Virus record (IMG/VR): IMGVR_UViG_3300043179_000050
Location: 1 to 48,205 of that record
Origin: a virus
Taxonomy: Duplodnaviria; Caudoviricetes
Reading direction: 5' to 3' (one strand)
Length of the DNA: 48,205 bases
Within the stretch, counting starts at the first letter, position 1; every line of letters begins with the position of its first letter. Below are positions 17,248-25,721 of the stretch, piece by piece. The notes beneath the pieces are model-generated. The model did not search any database, was not told the DNA's origin, and saw only the letters and a list, made by a program, of their open reading frames with translations. A program made the position numbers and the translations under genes.

Positions 17248-17379
17248 CTAGGAATCAAACGTACCAGACCTAAAAGCTCTCAGCCAGGCACGAAGAGGGC
17301 GAAGACTCCCGCGAACAATCGACACAAAAAGAAACAGCGGCAAAACCACCAAAAGAAACGCCCTGACGAACAGCTTCAT
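17248..17379 (-). CDS. small membrane peptide (43 aa)
   Basis: GGAGG RBS; MKLFVRAFLLVVLPLFLFVSIVR...; not in the supplied ORF track (translated by hand). Confidence 0.5.
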   Translation of the reverse strand: MKLFVRAFLLVVLPLFLFVSIVRGSLRPLRAWLRAFRSGTFDS

Positions 17380-17489
17380 ACATCCTCCATTTTAGCGTCG
17401 GCCGTCGCTCCCCTTACAGGTCACCGATCCGGTTTCTTCCCCGCCACCAGAGGGCCCGAGGCCCTCATGTCCCAACCCCAGCTTCTCCC

Positions 17490-17825
17490 TCATATGTCAC
17501 CCCTTCCGATCAACGTCTGAGCCAGCAAGCTACTCCCCGGTGCATTGGCCGCGCGCTCGGCCTGCCTGACTCGTGTTTCGTCCACCAAGTTGGCCAGGTT
17601 GGTCAGCTCCTCAAGAAGGCTGACCGAAAGGCCGAGCCCAATTCGGTAGCCTTGCCACCACGACCGGGGATGATCCTTGTCGTCCAGGGCCGCCTCCCCG
17701 ATGCGGCGCTGCGCCTCTCGAAGCAGATCCTTGAGTGCCTCCATGCCCGGGTGTTTCGCGATCTCACGCACCAGGGCAGCCCGCTGGTACTCAGCCGTTC
17801 CGAACAAATCCATGTCGTCTTGCAC
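17490..17825 (-). CDS. small post-portal protein
   Basis: GTG right after the portal stop; 'HPG...L..L...Q', 'QGY' pattern like the small genes that follow podovirus portals. Confidence 0.6.
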   Translation of the reverse strand: MQDDMDLFGTAEYQRAALVREIAKHPGMEALKDLLREAQRRIGEAALDDKDHPRSWWQGYRIGLGLSVSLLEELTNLANLVDETRVRQAERAANAPGSSLLAQTLIGRGDI

Positions 17826-17826
17826 A

Positions 17827-19839
17827 TTACCCTCCCGCCCCGGACGCTGTCCCACCCTGACCTCCAGAGCCGGCGCCCTGTTGCATTTGGGCCAAAGTGG
17901 CCTGTTCCAACATCTTGACGTAAGCGTCCCCCTCTTCGGTAAAAATCTTCTGGACGCCTCGCTCCCCCCACGTTTCAAAAATGCGGCGCAGGATTGCCCG
18001 GAGCTCGGTCGGCGCTGTGACCTTCGCTTGAGCGGCGCGCGAGTACAACTCCCCCAATACCTGCGCTCTGTGTTCCTTGTCGACCGTGTCGGTTGCACCG
18101 CGAAAACGATAGTCGGCCTCCAGCGCCTCAATGAAGTCCAGCTTGCTATACGTTTGGTACGGATCTTTGCCCGGGTCTTCACCGGTCACCCGTACCCGCC
18201 ATTCGGCTGGCGCAAACTGATAACACAGGGCCGCCCATTGCTGAGGGAATTCTGAAAGGTCATCCTCAACCCTAGCAACCCGCTGTTTCTGCCGTGCCAA
18301 GGCTCGCTCCGTCGTCCGTTCAATCTCGCGAGCGGTCGTGCGCGAGAACCTCGCGCCGTGGCCACGCACCATTGCGCCGGTACCAGCCGTCTCGTCGGTC
18401 TCGAACTTGATATCGTCAATCTCCCGGAAAATGGACTCCGGGATCCTGATGTTCTCGTTGAAAGAACGGATTCCGTCGGTGCGAATCACATCCAGCACCG
18501 CACCGGGGACTAGCCGTCGCATGATATCCGGCATGCCAATTTCTTTCATACGGAGAAGAATCGGGATCACCGCCATCGTTACCGCGTCAATTCTGAGCGA
18601 CCGAAGCAGGGCGTACTCCCGATACATCGGCAGGTTCAACGTCATCTCGGCGAGCCCGACGCTGGCACCGGGCAGCAACACGTTGCGCAGGAACCCATAG
18701 GGGTACAACTGGTGCTCGTAAGGCCAGGTCGTTTTCTTATTTACCGCTACCTTGTCGTTTAGGATCACAAGGTACGGGTGCTCCTCGCCCTTACGCCAAA
18801 CCTCCCTCACCAAGACTCGTTTCTGATATCGTGGATCCTGCTCACCGCCCTCCATATCGGGAGTAAGCCCCATCAACCGAGCCAGCTCTTTTTGGTAGTC
18901 GTTCAGCCGGTCCTCGCCGGAAGCAAAGCCGCCGAGAGCGGCTTCCACATTTTCCGGGTCGTATGGGAACTCCGGCCCCGCGCCGGTGCGCGCCATCACC
19001 CAGGCGCGCGGCTTGACGCTGATTTGATGAATAAACGGGAATTCCTGGAGCTCGTCAACGAAAGGATCCCAGCGCAGATTGAAGACCGAGACGTGTTCCC
19101 AGCCAGGCCCCATGTACTGCACCGCCTCGCGGTGGCCGCTGACGGGCGGCTCCGGAATCCGACCATAGATGCCGGCCTGATTCACTAAATCACGCCAGAG
19201 CAGAAAATCGGTCAACGTAGCATCGGCTTGCGGGCCAAGAGGGTTACCATCCGCGTCCACCTGGCCATACCGGGTGTCGCGGGTCTGCCCAAGCGGTGGC
19301 GCCGGCGGAGCGCCCCTGGCCATCGCCTCGATCACAGCCTTGTCGAAAGCGATCTGCTCGTCCTCGGTCGCTTGGTACACAAGCCGCATGGAGCGCTTTC
19401 GCCAAACCGCCTTGCGAACCGCCATTCCCTGTACGCCACTCTCCATCAGCGACACGTCCAGCTTGGACCGAAAACGGTTTTTCCGAAGGATATGATCAAA
19501 AAGCGCCGTCATCTTACCCTGGGCTTCCTCGTCCTCGGTGCCGACGGCGTCAGGCTGAATGATCGGGGATTGAGACGTGAGGATCTCCGACATCACAGCG
19601 ACCTGGGAACTCACAGAAGAATAGGGCCACCCAGGGAAGATGAATGCCCGCCACGACTTCTCGTGTTCCTGCCTCCAGTCGTACTCCTTCATATCGCCGA
19701 AGAATATGTGCCAATTTCTTACCATCTGCCGAAAGTAGGGCTTGAGCTTGTCTGCCGCCCACTGGTCCTGAAGATAGATTTTCTGAACCAGCTTGTCGTG
19801 CTTTTCGTCGCCAACGCGGCCAAGCGCTTCAATGGCCAT
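17827..19839 (-). CDS. portal protein (P22/SU10-like)
   Basis: 670 aa; 'WRAFIF', 'G..V.K..W', 'V.E.W', 'PY', 'PGAV', 'TA.E' portal pattern; downstream of the terminase genes. Confidence 0.85.
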   Translation of the reverse strand: MAIEALGRVGDEKHDKLVQKIYLQDQWAADKLKPYFRQMVRNWHIFFGDMKEYDWRQEHEKSWRAFIFPGWPYSSVSSQVAVMSEILTSQSPIIQPDAVGTEDEEAQGKMTALFDHILRKNRFRSKLDVSLMESGVQGMAVRKAVWRKRSMRLVYQATEDEQIAFDKAVIEAMARGAPPAPPLGQTRDTRYGQVDADGNPLGPQADATLTDFLLWRDLVNQAGIYGRIPEPPVSGHREAVQYMGPGWEHVSVFNLRWDPFVDELQEFPFIHQISVKPRAWVMARTGAGPEFPYDPENVEAALGGFASGEDRLNDYQKELARLMGLTPDMEGGEQDPRYQKRVLVREVWRKGEEHPYLVILNDKVAVNKKTTWPYEHQLYPYGFLRNVLLPGASVGLAEMTLNLPMYREYALLRSLRIDAVTMAVIPILLRMKEIGMPDIMRRLVPGAVLDVIRTDGIRSFNENIRIPESIFREIDDIKFETDETAGTGAMVRGHGARFSRTTAREIERTTERALARQKQRVARVEDDLSEFPQQWAALCYQFAPAEWRVRVTGEDPGKDPYQTYSKLDFIEALEADYRFRGATDTVDKEHRAQVLGELYSRAAQAKVTAPTELRAILRRIFETWGERGVQKIFTEEGDAYVKMLEQATLAQMQQGAGSGGQGGTASGAGG

Positions 19840-19842
19840 GAG

Positions 19843-20244
19843 CTACCACCCTAGAAACCACGTCATCTTTGTAGCAGTTCCCCTTGGCGCGTCCGTGTAG
19901 CTGGCCAGGAACGCCGCGTAAGCTTCCGGATCGTTGTAGTCGCTACGAGGGGCGTAGACCTCCATCGCCTGCAACAGAGACGCCTGGTAAGGGACCACCT
20001 CAGACTTGCCAGATGCCTTGAACCATAGATCCAGGCACAGCGCCGCAAGCCCGTCAAGGGCCGTCTCAAATACCTGCATGCTGCCGTCCCGTTTCAAATT
20101 GCCAGGGTTGTTATGCCGAAACGACACACTGCCCGGCCGCCAACCCTCGTACTGTTGAATGCCCTGCGCCAGCCTGAAGAGCCTTGGAAAGGCCGCCGCC
20201 CACGCACCTACTTGCAGCAGGCCGCGCTCGTATCGCGTGTTCAT
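19843..20244 (-). CDS. lysozyme-like protein (NNPGNL motif); candidate endolysin or virion muralytic protein
   Basis: 'I..YEG...S...RHNNPGNL', 'F.T...G..A', 'YAP..D.ND..AY'. Confidence 0.65.
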   Translation of the reverse strand: MNTRYERGLLQVGAWAAAFPRLFRLAQGIQQYEGWRPGSVSFRHNNPGNLKRDGSMQVFETALDGLAALCLDLWFKASGKSEVVPYQASLLQAMEVYAPRSDYNDPEAYAAFLASYTDAPRGTATKMTWFLGW

Positions 20245-20246
20245 TT

Positions 20247-20426
20247 TTACCGCCCCGATCTCTGGTCGCCCAGCAGCACGTAGAGGTCCGCCACGGTCCC
20301 AAAAAGCTGGTCCACGCGCTCACGATCCAGCCGCGCCTCGGGATGGGCCAGCTTCTTCCTCAAAGCCTCAGACTGGACGACCATTCGGTCCAGGTAGATC
20401 CGAGCGTCTTCGTTTACACTCGCCAT
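20247..20426 (-). CDS. small hypothetical protein
   Basis: MASVNEDARI with GGAGGTG RBS. Confidence 0.55.
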   Translation of the reverse strand: MASVNEDARIYLDRMVVQSEALRKKLAHPEARLDRERVDQLFGTVADLYVLLGDQRSGR

Positions 20427-20512
20427 CTTCGCACCTCCACACACAGGGCCAGTACTACAATTAGTGCCGGCTTGGCGGCCATCAACGCGTAGGCCCACAA
20501 AGGATGGTCCAT
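20414..20512 (-). CDS. possible 32-aa hydrophobic peptide
   Basis: GGGGGAG RBS; MDHPLWAYALMAAKPALIVVLALCVEVRRWRV (hand translated). Confidence 0.35.
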   Translation of the reverse strand: MDHPLWAYALMAAKPALIVVLALCVEVRRWRV

Positions 20513-20530
20513 GCTCCCCCGATCTTTAGG

Positions 20531-20603
20531 AGGCGGCCCCGGGAATCGAACCCAGTTCTCCAGCGCATGAGGCTGGCGTGATGTCCACACTCACTCGGCC
20601 GCT
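20531..20603 (-). tRNA. tRNA with CAU anticodon (Met/fMet/Ile2-like), degenerate
   Basis: Cloverleaf: acceptor GCGGCC/GGCCGC, D stem GTGA/TCAC, anticodon stem CCAGC/GCTGG with loop CTCATGC, T arm CTGGG-TTCGATT-CCCGG; no encoded CCA. Confidence 0.75.
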
Positions 20604-20612
20604 ACCTCCCCG

Positions 20613-20642
20613 ATTTTACTGCAACCCTTACCACCGGGGCAA
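20613..20642 (-). promoter_or_regulatory. possible sigma70 promoter for the tRNA/portal transcript
   Basis: TTGCCC-18 bp-TAAAAT ending about 10 bp before the tRNA. Confidence 0.45.
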
Positions 20643-21623
20643 CCCGAAATTCGCCTCGTCGGCCTGGACGGATACGGCCAGCCTGCCCGCCCAGGATCGC
20701 CGCGCCGGTTCGGCCGGAGGGTTCTCGGCCACCTTGACCACGTTGATCAGCGCGTAGCCGGCAGCCTCGTGCAGGTGTTCGTAAAATCCGTCCTTTTTCG
20801 GGTCGGTGGGCTCCGGGTTGGAATTAGTTGCCTCCGGATAGACGATGCCCCCACCAAGACCCTCGATGAGCAGTGTGCAGGCTGGGTCAATGAACATGCC
20901 CGGCATCCCGTCCTCCCATACCATCATCAGTCGGCGCCAGACATACTCACGAGCAGAAATACGGGTCGCCAGTGCCTGAAGGTGGATCCCGCCGGACCGG
21001 AGAACCTCGACCTCGTTTCGTTCCCGTGACTCACCCTCGATGGATCGGGTCTGAAGCGCCTCGTGGCCGGCATAGTCCACAAACCGCATGCCCGGCTCGA
21101 ACCACGGGGGTTTCGGGTACCGCCAGCGCTTTGAGCTGTGGATTTGATCCACAACCTCTATCGCCCGGTCGCGCTTCATCTGGTACAGGTCGGACAGATC
21201 AAGCTGACCGGAAAGATACCTCACCAGATCCCGAAAGTTATGGGAGTTGATGTTTGCCGGCATAATTTCCCGCAGCAGTCCCACATGCCCGTTCGAGCTC
21301 GGGACAATCCACACACAGGCCGGGTGCTTGTACCCGAAGTCCCAGCCGCGCACAACGGTGCTCCCCATCGGCAGGGCTGAAATGGTCCTTACGCAAACAT
21401 CCCTTACCGAGGCAAACTCCGGGTAGAATGATTCGCCGCTGGCTACAGTCCAGTCCCTGCACTGCTCGCGCCGCCAGGCCCGCTCCGTGTACTTCGGGCG
21501 GACGCGCCGCTCCCATTCGGCATCATGGCTTGGGTCGCACCAGCGGTCCGCCTCTACAATCAAGAAACCCCGACTATTGAATCGGCGGGTGTAGCCTGGA
21601 ACCGGCTGAGCAGGTCCACTCAT
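20628..21623 (-). CDS. terminase large subunit, nuclease (RNase H-like) half
   Basis: Start MSGPAQ (GGGGG RBS); 'W.RE...DW....G..FYPEF', 'GWDFGY.HPACVW', 'PKKDG..EH..EA..Y'. Confidence 0.8.
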   Translation of the reverse strand: MSGPAQPVPGYTRRFNSRGFLIVEADRWCDPSHDAEWERRVRPKYTERAWRREQCRDWTVASGESFYPEFASVRDVCVRTISALPMGSTVVRGWDFGYKHPACVWIVPSSNGHVGLLREIMPANINSHNFRDLVRYLSGQLDLSDLYQMKRDRAIEVVDQIHSSKRWRYPKPPWFEPGMRFVDYAGHEALQTRSIEGESRERNEVEVLRSGGIHLQALATRISAREYVWRRLMMVWEDGMPGMFIDPACTLLIEGLGGGIVYPEATNSNPEPTDPKKDGFYEHLHEAAGYALINVVKVAENPPAEPARRSWAGRLAVSVQADEANFGLPRW

Positions 21624-21645
21624 CGCTACGCCCCCCTCTGCCACC

Positions 21646-21852
21646 TTACCCGGTGCGGCCGCATCCATGGTCGCTCTCGATCCTGCGCTCGCGGGTGCGC
21701 CGGCAAGTCTGGCACTGTTCGACCAACAAATCCGGGGCCTCCACAGGAAAGCTGTTGTCAGGATCCCACGCCCACATATGACCCCACAACCAGCACTGCC
21801 TCGCACAAGCCCCCATCAAGCGCTCAACCAATCGCTGAATCGTCCACATCAT
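21646..21852 (-). CDS. small Cys/His protein (DUF1660-like) between the terminase halves
   Basis: ATGA overlap with the ATPase stop; 'CWLWGHMW...CQTC'. Confidence 0.55.
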   Translation of the reverse strand: MMWTIQRLVERLMGACARQCWLWGHMWAWDPDNSFPVEAPDLLVEQCQTCRRTRERRIESDHGCGRTG

Positions 21853-22607
21853 GTTCTCTCCTCCCGTTCCAGCATCTCCAGAAAGAAACTCGCCCCGGGG
21901 TTCCCGAGCTCCGCGGTTGTGATCGCGATGATCTGGCATTCCAGCGGGATACAAGCCGCAAAGATCCGCTCCAGGAACGGTTGTCTTGCGGCCTCATCGA
22001 TGATGACGCAGCTTGCCGTGATCCCGCGCGCCGCCCGGTCCGCAACGTTCTCCGGCACGCCCACCAAGAGAGAGCCGGTGCGCTTGAACTTCACTCGGTG
22101 CTCCGGCGCCTCGCTGACCCCCATCCACTTCCGGAGCCACTCAGGCATTCGGGAGACGGGAAAGCGGAGCTTGTCCGCGATCATCTCGCATGCGCCTTCC
22201 TGGGTTTGTTTGCTTAGCACGTACCGGCGCGCATCCACGAAGGCGCACTGGTGCAGGCCGTAGAGAAGCGTTGCGGTCGAGAACATGAGCTGGCGAGTCT
22301 TGTCGCACAGAATAATCTCGTGGGCCTGAAGGTCTTCGATCCAGGCTTGCAAGTGGGGCTTGTTGGCAGGGAAAGGTTTGACCGGCTGGTGTCGGTCCCG
22401 TTCATCTTTGGTCCAAATAATGGGTCGACCAGTCATCGGGTCCGTCGCTCTCAGGAAGAGGTAAGGATCCTTCGCCCACTTCTCCAGTGCCATTTCCCGT
22501 TCGTGCTCCAGCACCTGGCGGGGCCCCTCCCGCTGCTCCTGGGGCAGCTTTTGGAATGCTCTTGCGAACCTTTGCAGGCGTTCGACGTTCGGCTTCTTCC
22601 GTTTCAC
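21849..22607 (-). CDS. terminase large subunit, ATPase half
   Basis: GTG with GAGGTG RBS; Walker A-like 'DKTRQLMFST', Walker B 'VIIDEAA', coupling motif 'ITTA'; ends in its own stop codon. Confidence 0.8.
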   Translation of the reverse strand: MKRKKPNVERLQRFARAFQKLPQEQREGPRQVLEHEREMALEKWAKDPYLFLRATDPMTGRPIIWTKDERDRHQPVKPFPANKPHLQAWIEDLQAHEIILCDKTRQLMFSTATLLYGLHQCAFVDARRYVLSKQTQEGACEMIADKLRFPVSRMPEWLRKWMGVSEAPEHRVKFKRTGSLLVGVPENVADRAARGITASCVIIDEAARQPFLERIFAACIPLECQIIAITTAELGNPGASFFLEMLEREERT

Positions 22608-22887
22608 GCGATGCCACCTCGGCAAAGACGGCCGCCAGCTCCTGGAAAGACTGAATCGCCCTGAGCAGCGATGGAGACGACTCACCCTTCGCGGCGCCGC
22701 GCTCAACAGCCTTATACAGAATCTGGAGCAAGACCCCCTGCCGCTCCATGACGTAGTCCACGGCCTCGATGGGGTTCGTTTTCCAGCGCCGGGCGCGCGC
22801 CAACATAGACCGCAACTCTCCTGCGGCGCTCGTCGGCCCTGTAACCGATTCGACCTCTGGCTTGGTTCTGCGCGATGTCATAGGCAT
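22402..22887 (-). CDS. candidate terminase small subunit
   Basis: GGAGG RBS, helical core, position upstream of TerL; disordered tail overlaps TerL by about 200 nt. Confidence 0.4.
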   Translation of the reverse strand: MPMTSRRTKPEVESVTGPTSAAGELRSMLARARRWKTNPIEAVDYVMERQGVLLQILYKAVERGAAKGESSPSLLRAIQSFQELAAVFAEVASRETEEAERRTPAKVRKSIPKAAPGAAGGAPPGAGARTGNGTGEVGEGSLPLPESDGPDDWSTHYLDQR

Positions 22888-22956
22888 CCGCGTCCTCCAG
22901 GTGATTTTGCTCGTACCCGGCCATCTCCATGAAACCCTCCGTTCGGCTCCACCCTC

Positions 22957-23547
22957 CTATTCTACCTCTTCGGGCCGCCTGGCTGCAATCGGCGAGGGCC
23001 CCACAAGATCGCCGGTTGGCCCGGCTATTAAGTCCCTCATACGCTTAAACATACGCCAGTCGCTCTTGCTGAGCTGGTACCGGGCGGTTGTCGCCCTGTT
23101 GCGACGCCGGGGCTTCCCCTTCGGGGGCGGCTTGCGCTCCGGCAGCTTCCTGACCATGCCCAACTCTGACTTCAGGTCAATGTCCATTTTGACCTGTCCT
23201 TCGTAATCCCATAACCGTAGGCGGGTCTGCCACTTAAAGGGGCCAACCTCTAGCCGGTAGGCCAGCGCCGGCTTCGCCCCGATTGCTTTGCAGGTTTGCA
23301 GCAGGATGAGCCTTTCTTGCGGCGCGATCTCGCCGCTGCGCTTGCAGCTTATGTACCAGACCACCGGCACCGCCTTGTTCCTGTGAATCAGCACCAGGTC
23401 TCGGATCCCTTTGCTGCCGGCCGACCTGATGCCCTCGATCAGCACTTTGTACTTCTTGTGCAGCCACGTCTTCATAAGCAAGAGCACCTCTCGCTCGAAG
23501 TCCGCGCCGGCCCGGTATCGAGTATTTCTATTTCCCTTGCTCATCAC
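22957..23547 (-). CDS. Holliday junction resolvase-like PD-(D/E)XK endonuclease
   Basis: 'Y..G..FER', 'RSAGSKG..DLV', 'ISCK' Hjc-like pattern. Confidence 0.75.
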   Translation of the reverse strand: MMSKGNRNTRYRAGADFEREVLLLMKTWLHKKYKVLIEGIRSAGSKGIRDLVLIHRNKAVPVVWYISCKRSGEIAPQERLILLQTCKAIGAKPALAYRLEVGPFKWQTRLRLWDYEGQVKMDIDLKSELGMVRKLPERKPPPKGKPRRRNRATTARYQLSKSDWRMFKRMRDLIAGPTGDLVGPSPIAARRPEEVE

Positions 23548-24401
23548 AGACCTCTTGGAATGAGCTCAGCAATCCCGCGGGCCAGTGTCTCTTTGGCCCG
23601 ATCCGGCCCGACATCATCGATCCAGTTGTCGGCCCCGTAGCCCCGCCGGAGACGCACCATGGAGAGCCACGGGGAAAAGAACTTGCACGTCCAGCGTCCA
23701 TCCGCCGCCAACAACCGAGACGCGTGATGAGCAAGCAACATCCCGGCCTCATCATAATCCGGCATCAAAATAAATGGAGCGTCCGGCAAGAGCACCAGGT
23801 TTGCCCTCCGGATTGAATGGTTCGCGGTCGCGCGGTATCCGAGAGCAATGATTTTGTCCGCCGACAGCTCTGACTCCGGCACAAAAATAGGGCCGGTCAT
23901 CGAATGGAGCTCCGGCAGGCGATAAGGAATCTCGGGGCCGCCTCGGCCGGCGTACATGATCTCGCTCCGGCGGTCGTGGCTGTGGACATAGAACACATCC
24001 TTCCGTCCTTCCCTCCCGACTTTGACCTTCATGTAGCGGACAGTGCGATCCAGCCCACGGTACGGGAAAACGGTGCATTTGCGCGGCAGCTCCACCACTT
24101 TGCAGCCAGAATGATCTGGCCGGTCTTCAGCCTTGGGGAGGCGAACCAGCTTCGGCCTTGGTCCTGGTCTCGCGGCCGGGGCCTCTTGATCCTTGTGCGT
24201 CACCCCGCAAGAACAGGCACCTTCGCTCCGGTGCCGCCAGCCGAGATTGGTAGGCCAAGGGCTTTCCATCCGAGTACAACAAAAATACTTTCCGTCGCGG
24301 TAATAACCCCCAAAGCAACGCACCCCTTTTCCCCTGGCTAGCTGCTCATGGCCCCCACACGCTGGACAAAGCAGGTTTCTTCTCCATCGTACGAAGCTCA
24401 T
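23544..24401 (-). CDS. DNA primase-like protein (Zn finger + TOPRIM-like)
   Basis: Start MSFVRW (GGAGG RBS); 'CPACGG...C...C', 'PYRLPEL', 'F..ESE..AD', 'PDYDEAG', 'GAD.W'. Confidence 0.7.
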   Translation of the reverse strand: MSFVRWRRNLLCPACGGHEQLARGKGVRCFGGYYRDGKYFCCTRMESPWPTNLGWRHRSEGACSCGVTHKDQEAPAARPGPRPKLVRLPKAEDRPDHSGCKVVELPRKCTVFPYRGLDRTVRYMKVKVGREGRKDVFYVHSHDRRSEIMYAGRGGPEIPYRLPELHSMTGPIFVPESELSADKIIALGYRATANHSIRRANLVLLPDAPFILMPDYDEAGMLLAHHASRLLAADGRWTCKFFSPWLSMVRLRRGYGADNWIDDVGPDRAKETLARGIAELIPRGL

Positions 24402-24547
24402 TTCTGCCTCCGCCTCCCAACTTCCCAGGCAAACCGAATCACCCCCCACCACCACAACCCCGTCACCTTCCAGATCGCTACTCGCCACGGAGCCGCCCAA
24501 CGCTTCCTGGGTAACCCCACCCGGAACATGAAACGATCTAACACCAC
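24398..24547 (-). CDS. small Trp/Arg-rich hypothetical protein (49 aa)
   Basis: GGAGGTG RBS, ATGA-coupled to the primase; hand translated. Confidence 0.45.
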   Translation of the reverse strand: MVLDRFMFRVGLPRKRWAAPWRVAIWKVTGLWWWGVIRFAWEVGRRRQK

Positions 24548-24550
24548 CGC

Positions 24551-24976
24551 TCACCTCCACCACTGCCCAAGCCCACCGGGCCAGACGACAATCACGCTGG
24601 AAAACCTGGCACCACTCTTTGCCCCCACATACCTCACCCGAGCTGGTAGATCCCAAACCAGGGCATGCACGTCTCGAACCCACATGCGCCACCAACGAGT
24701 TTCCCGGCTTGCAGGAAGTAGACCGATCCCGGTCACATTCCACTTGTGGCTCTCGAACACAGCCTTGCGAGTGAAATCCGTAAGCCTGGAGAAGGGGGGA
24801 TTCATGTAGAAACGATCATTCCAGTCCTGGGAAAGACCGTTATCTCTTTCCGTGAAATACCTGGGAACCCCAAGAGGGTTATCAGAGGTAGTACACGGGT
24901 CTAGAATGATCGGGCCGAAAGCCCTCTGAATCGCAGCCCAAAGCTCTGGCGGTGTCTGCCAACCGTCATTGGTCAT
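24551..24976 (-). CDS. phage DNA N6-adenine methyltransferase (Dam-like)
   Basis: 'W.TP', 'LDPC', 'DNGL..DW', 'NPPF', 'LLPA..ET.WW'. Confidence 0.9.
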   Translation of the reverse strand: MTNDGWQTPPELWAAIQRAFGPIILDPCTTSDNPLGVPRYFTERDNGLSQDWNDRFYMNPPFSRLTDFTRKAVFESHKWNVTGIGLLPASRETRWWRMWVRDVHALVWDLPARVRYVGAKSGARFSSVIVVWPGGLGQWWR

Positions 24977-25006
24977 ATCGCCCCCATGAAGGATCATCAA
25001 AAAGGA

Positions 25007-25015
25007 AGTATAGCA
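25007..25015 (-). promoter_or_regulatory. possible extended -10 promoter before the methylase
   Basis: TGcTATACT about 30 bp upstream of ATG 24976. Confidence 0.4.
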
Positions 25016-25021
25016 CGCGTT

Positions 25022-25092
25022 GGCTCCTACCCTACTCCCAATGGTGGGCCAGAGAGCGGCTCCTACCCTACTCCCAATGGTGGGCCAGAGAG
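25022..25092. repeat. 36-bp tandem duplication
   Basis: GGCTCCTACCCTACTCCCAATGGTGGGCCAGAGAG(C) x2. Confidence 0.95.
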
Positions 25093-25499
25093 AGAGCGCC
25101 CCCAAACCCCCGGCGTGAATTTGTCGGGAGCGGGGGCGCGCGGGAAGCGGGTTACCCCCAACGGAGCCGCCGTCGCTTCGCTTCGCGTCACCGCGCCTAC
25201 TTTGTTGTTCGGCCGCGGTTCCTCTTTTCTTCACAGAGCTGGATAGTGGACTTCCCGGTGAATAGGGGTCTCAACACCCCATGAGCGTTATGGCCATCCT
25301 GCCGGGCGCCTTCTCCAGGTGCGTCGGGCGATTGCAGCCCGAACCCCTGACTTCTCCCCAGGGGAAACCTGGGCGGGACGGACGTGGGTGGGTCTCATTT
25401 ACGGTTGCCCCCTACGCCCCCTTGTTGGATCGTTTTCTAGCTCTTGCGTTGCTCTCAGCTCGGCTGCAAAGTCCAGCACAAGCTGCTTGTCGGTATTGC

Positions 25500-25721
25500 C
25501 TATTCGTCGAATAGACTCCATTGACGATTTGTTTCCGAAGCAGGCGCAGGCTGGCTCGCAGTCTCGGCAGAGACAGCAGTGTCGGCAGGTTCCAAGAGTT
25601 TGCCGTGCTTCACGCCGCATTTTTGACACCATGTCAGCCTTGCCCAGCCAAAGTGGCAGCCACAACTACACCCGTCTCTTTTGGCCGCTGCTTCGGCCTC
25701 GCTGCTTTTGAAGAAGTCCAC
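25500..25721 (-). CDS. small Zn-finger-like protein
   Basis: GAGGAG RBS; 'CSCGCH...CQKCG'; ends SLFDE. Confidence 0.45.
   Translation of the reverse strand: MDFFKSSEAEAAAKRDGCSCGCHFGWARLTWCQKCGVKHGKLLEPADTAVSAETASQPAPASETNRQWSLFDE

Noticed and set aside
17392-17493. 33-aa ORF MREKLGLGHEG... coupled to the post-portal gene
   Set aside because: Too short and featureless to support
20430-20530. tRNA-associated HDV-like (theta) ribozyme
   Set aside because: No P1/P2/P3 nested pseudoknot found; the region reads as RBS plus a small ORF
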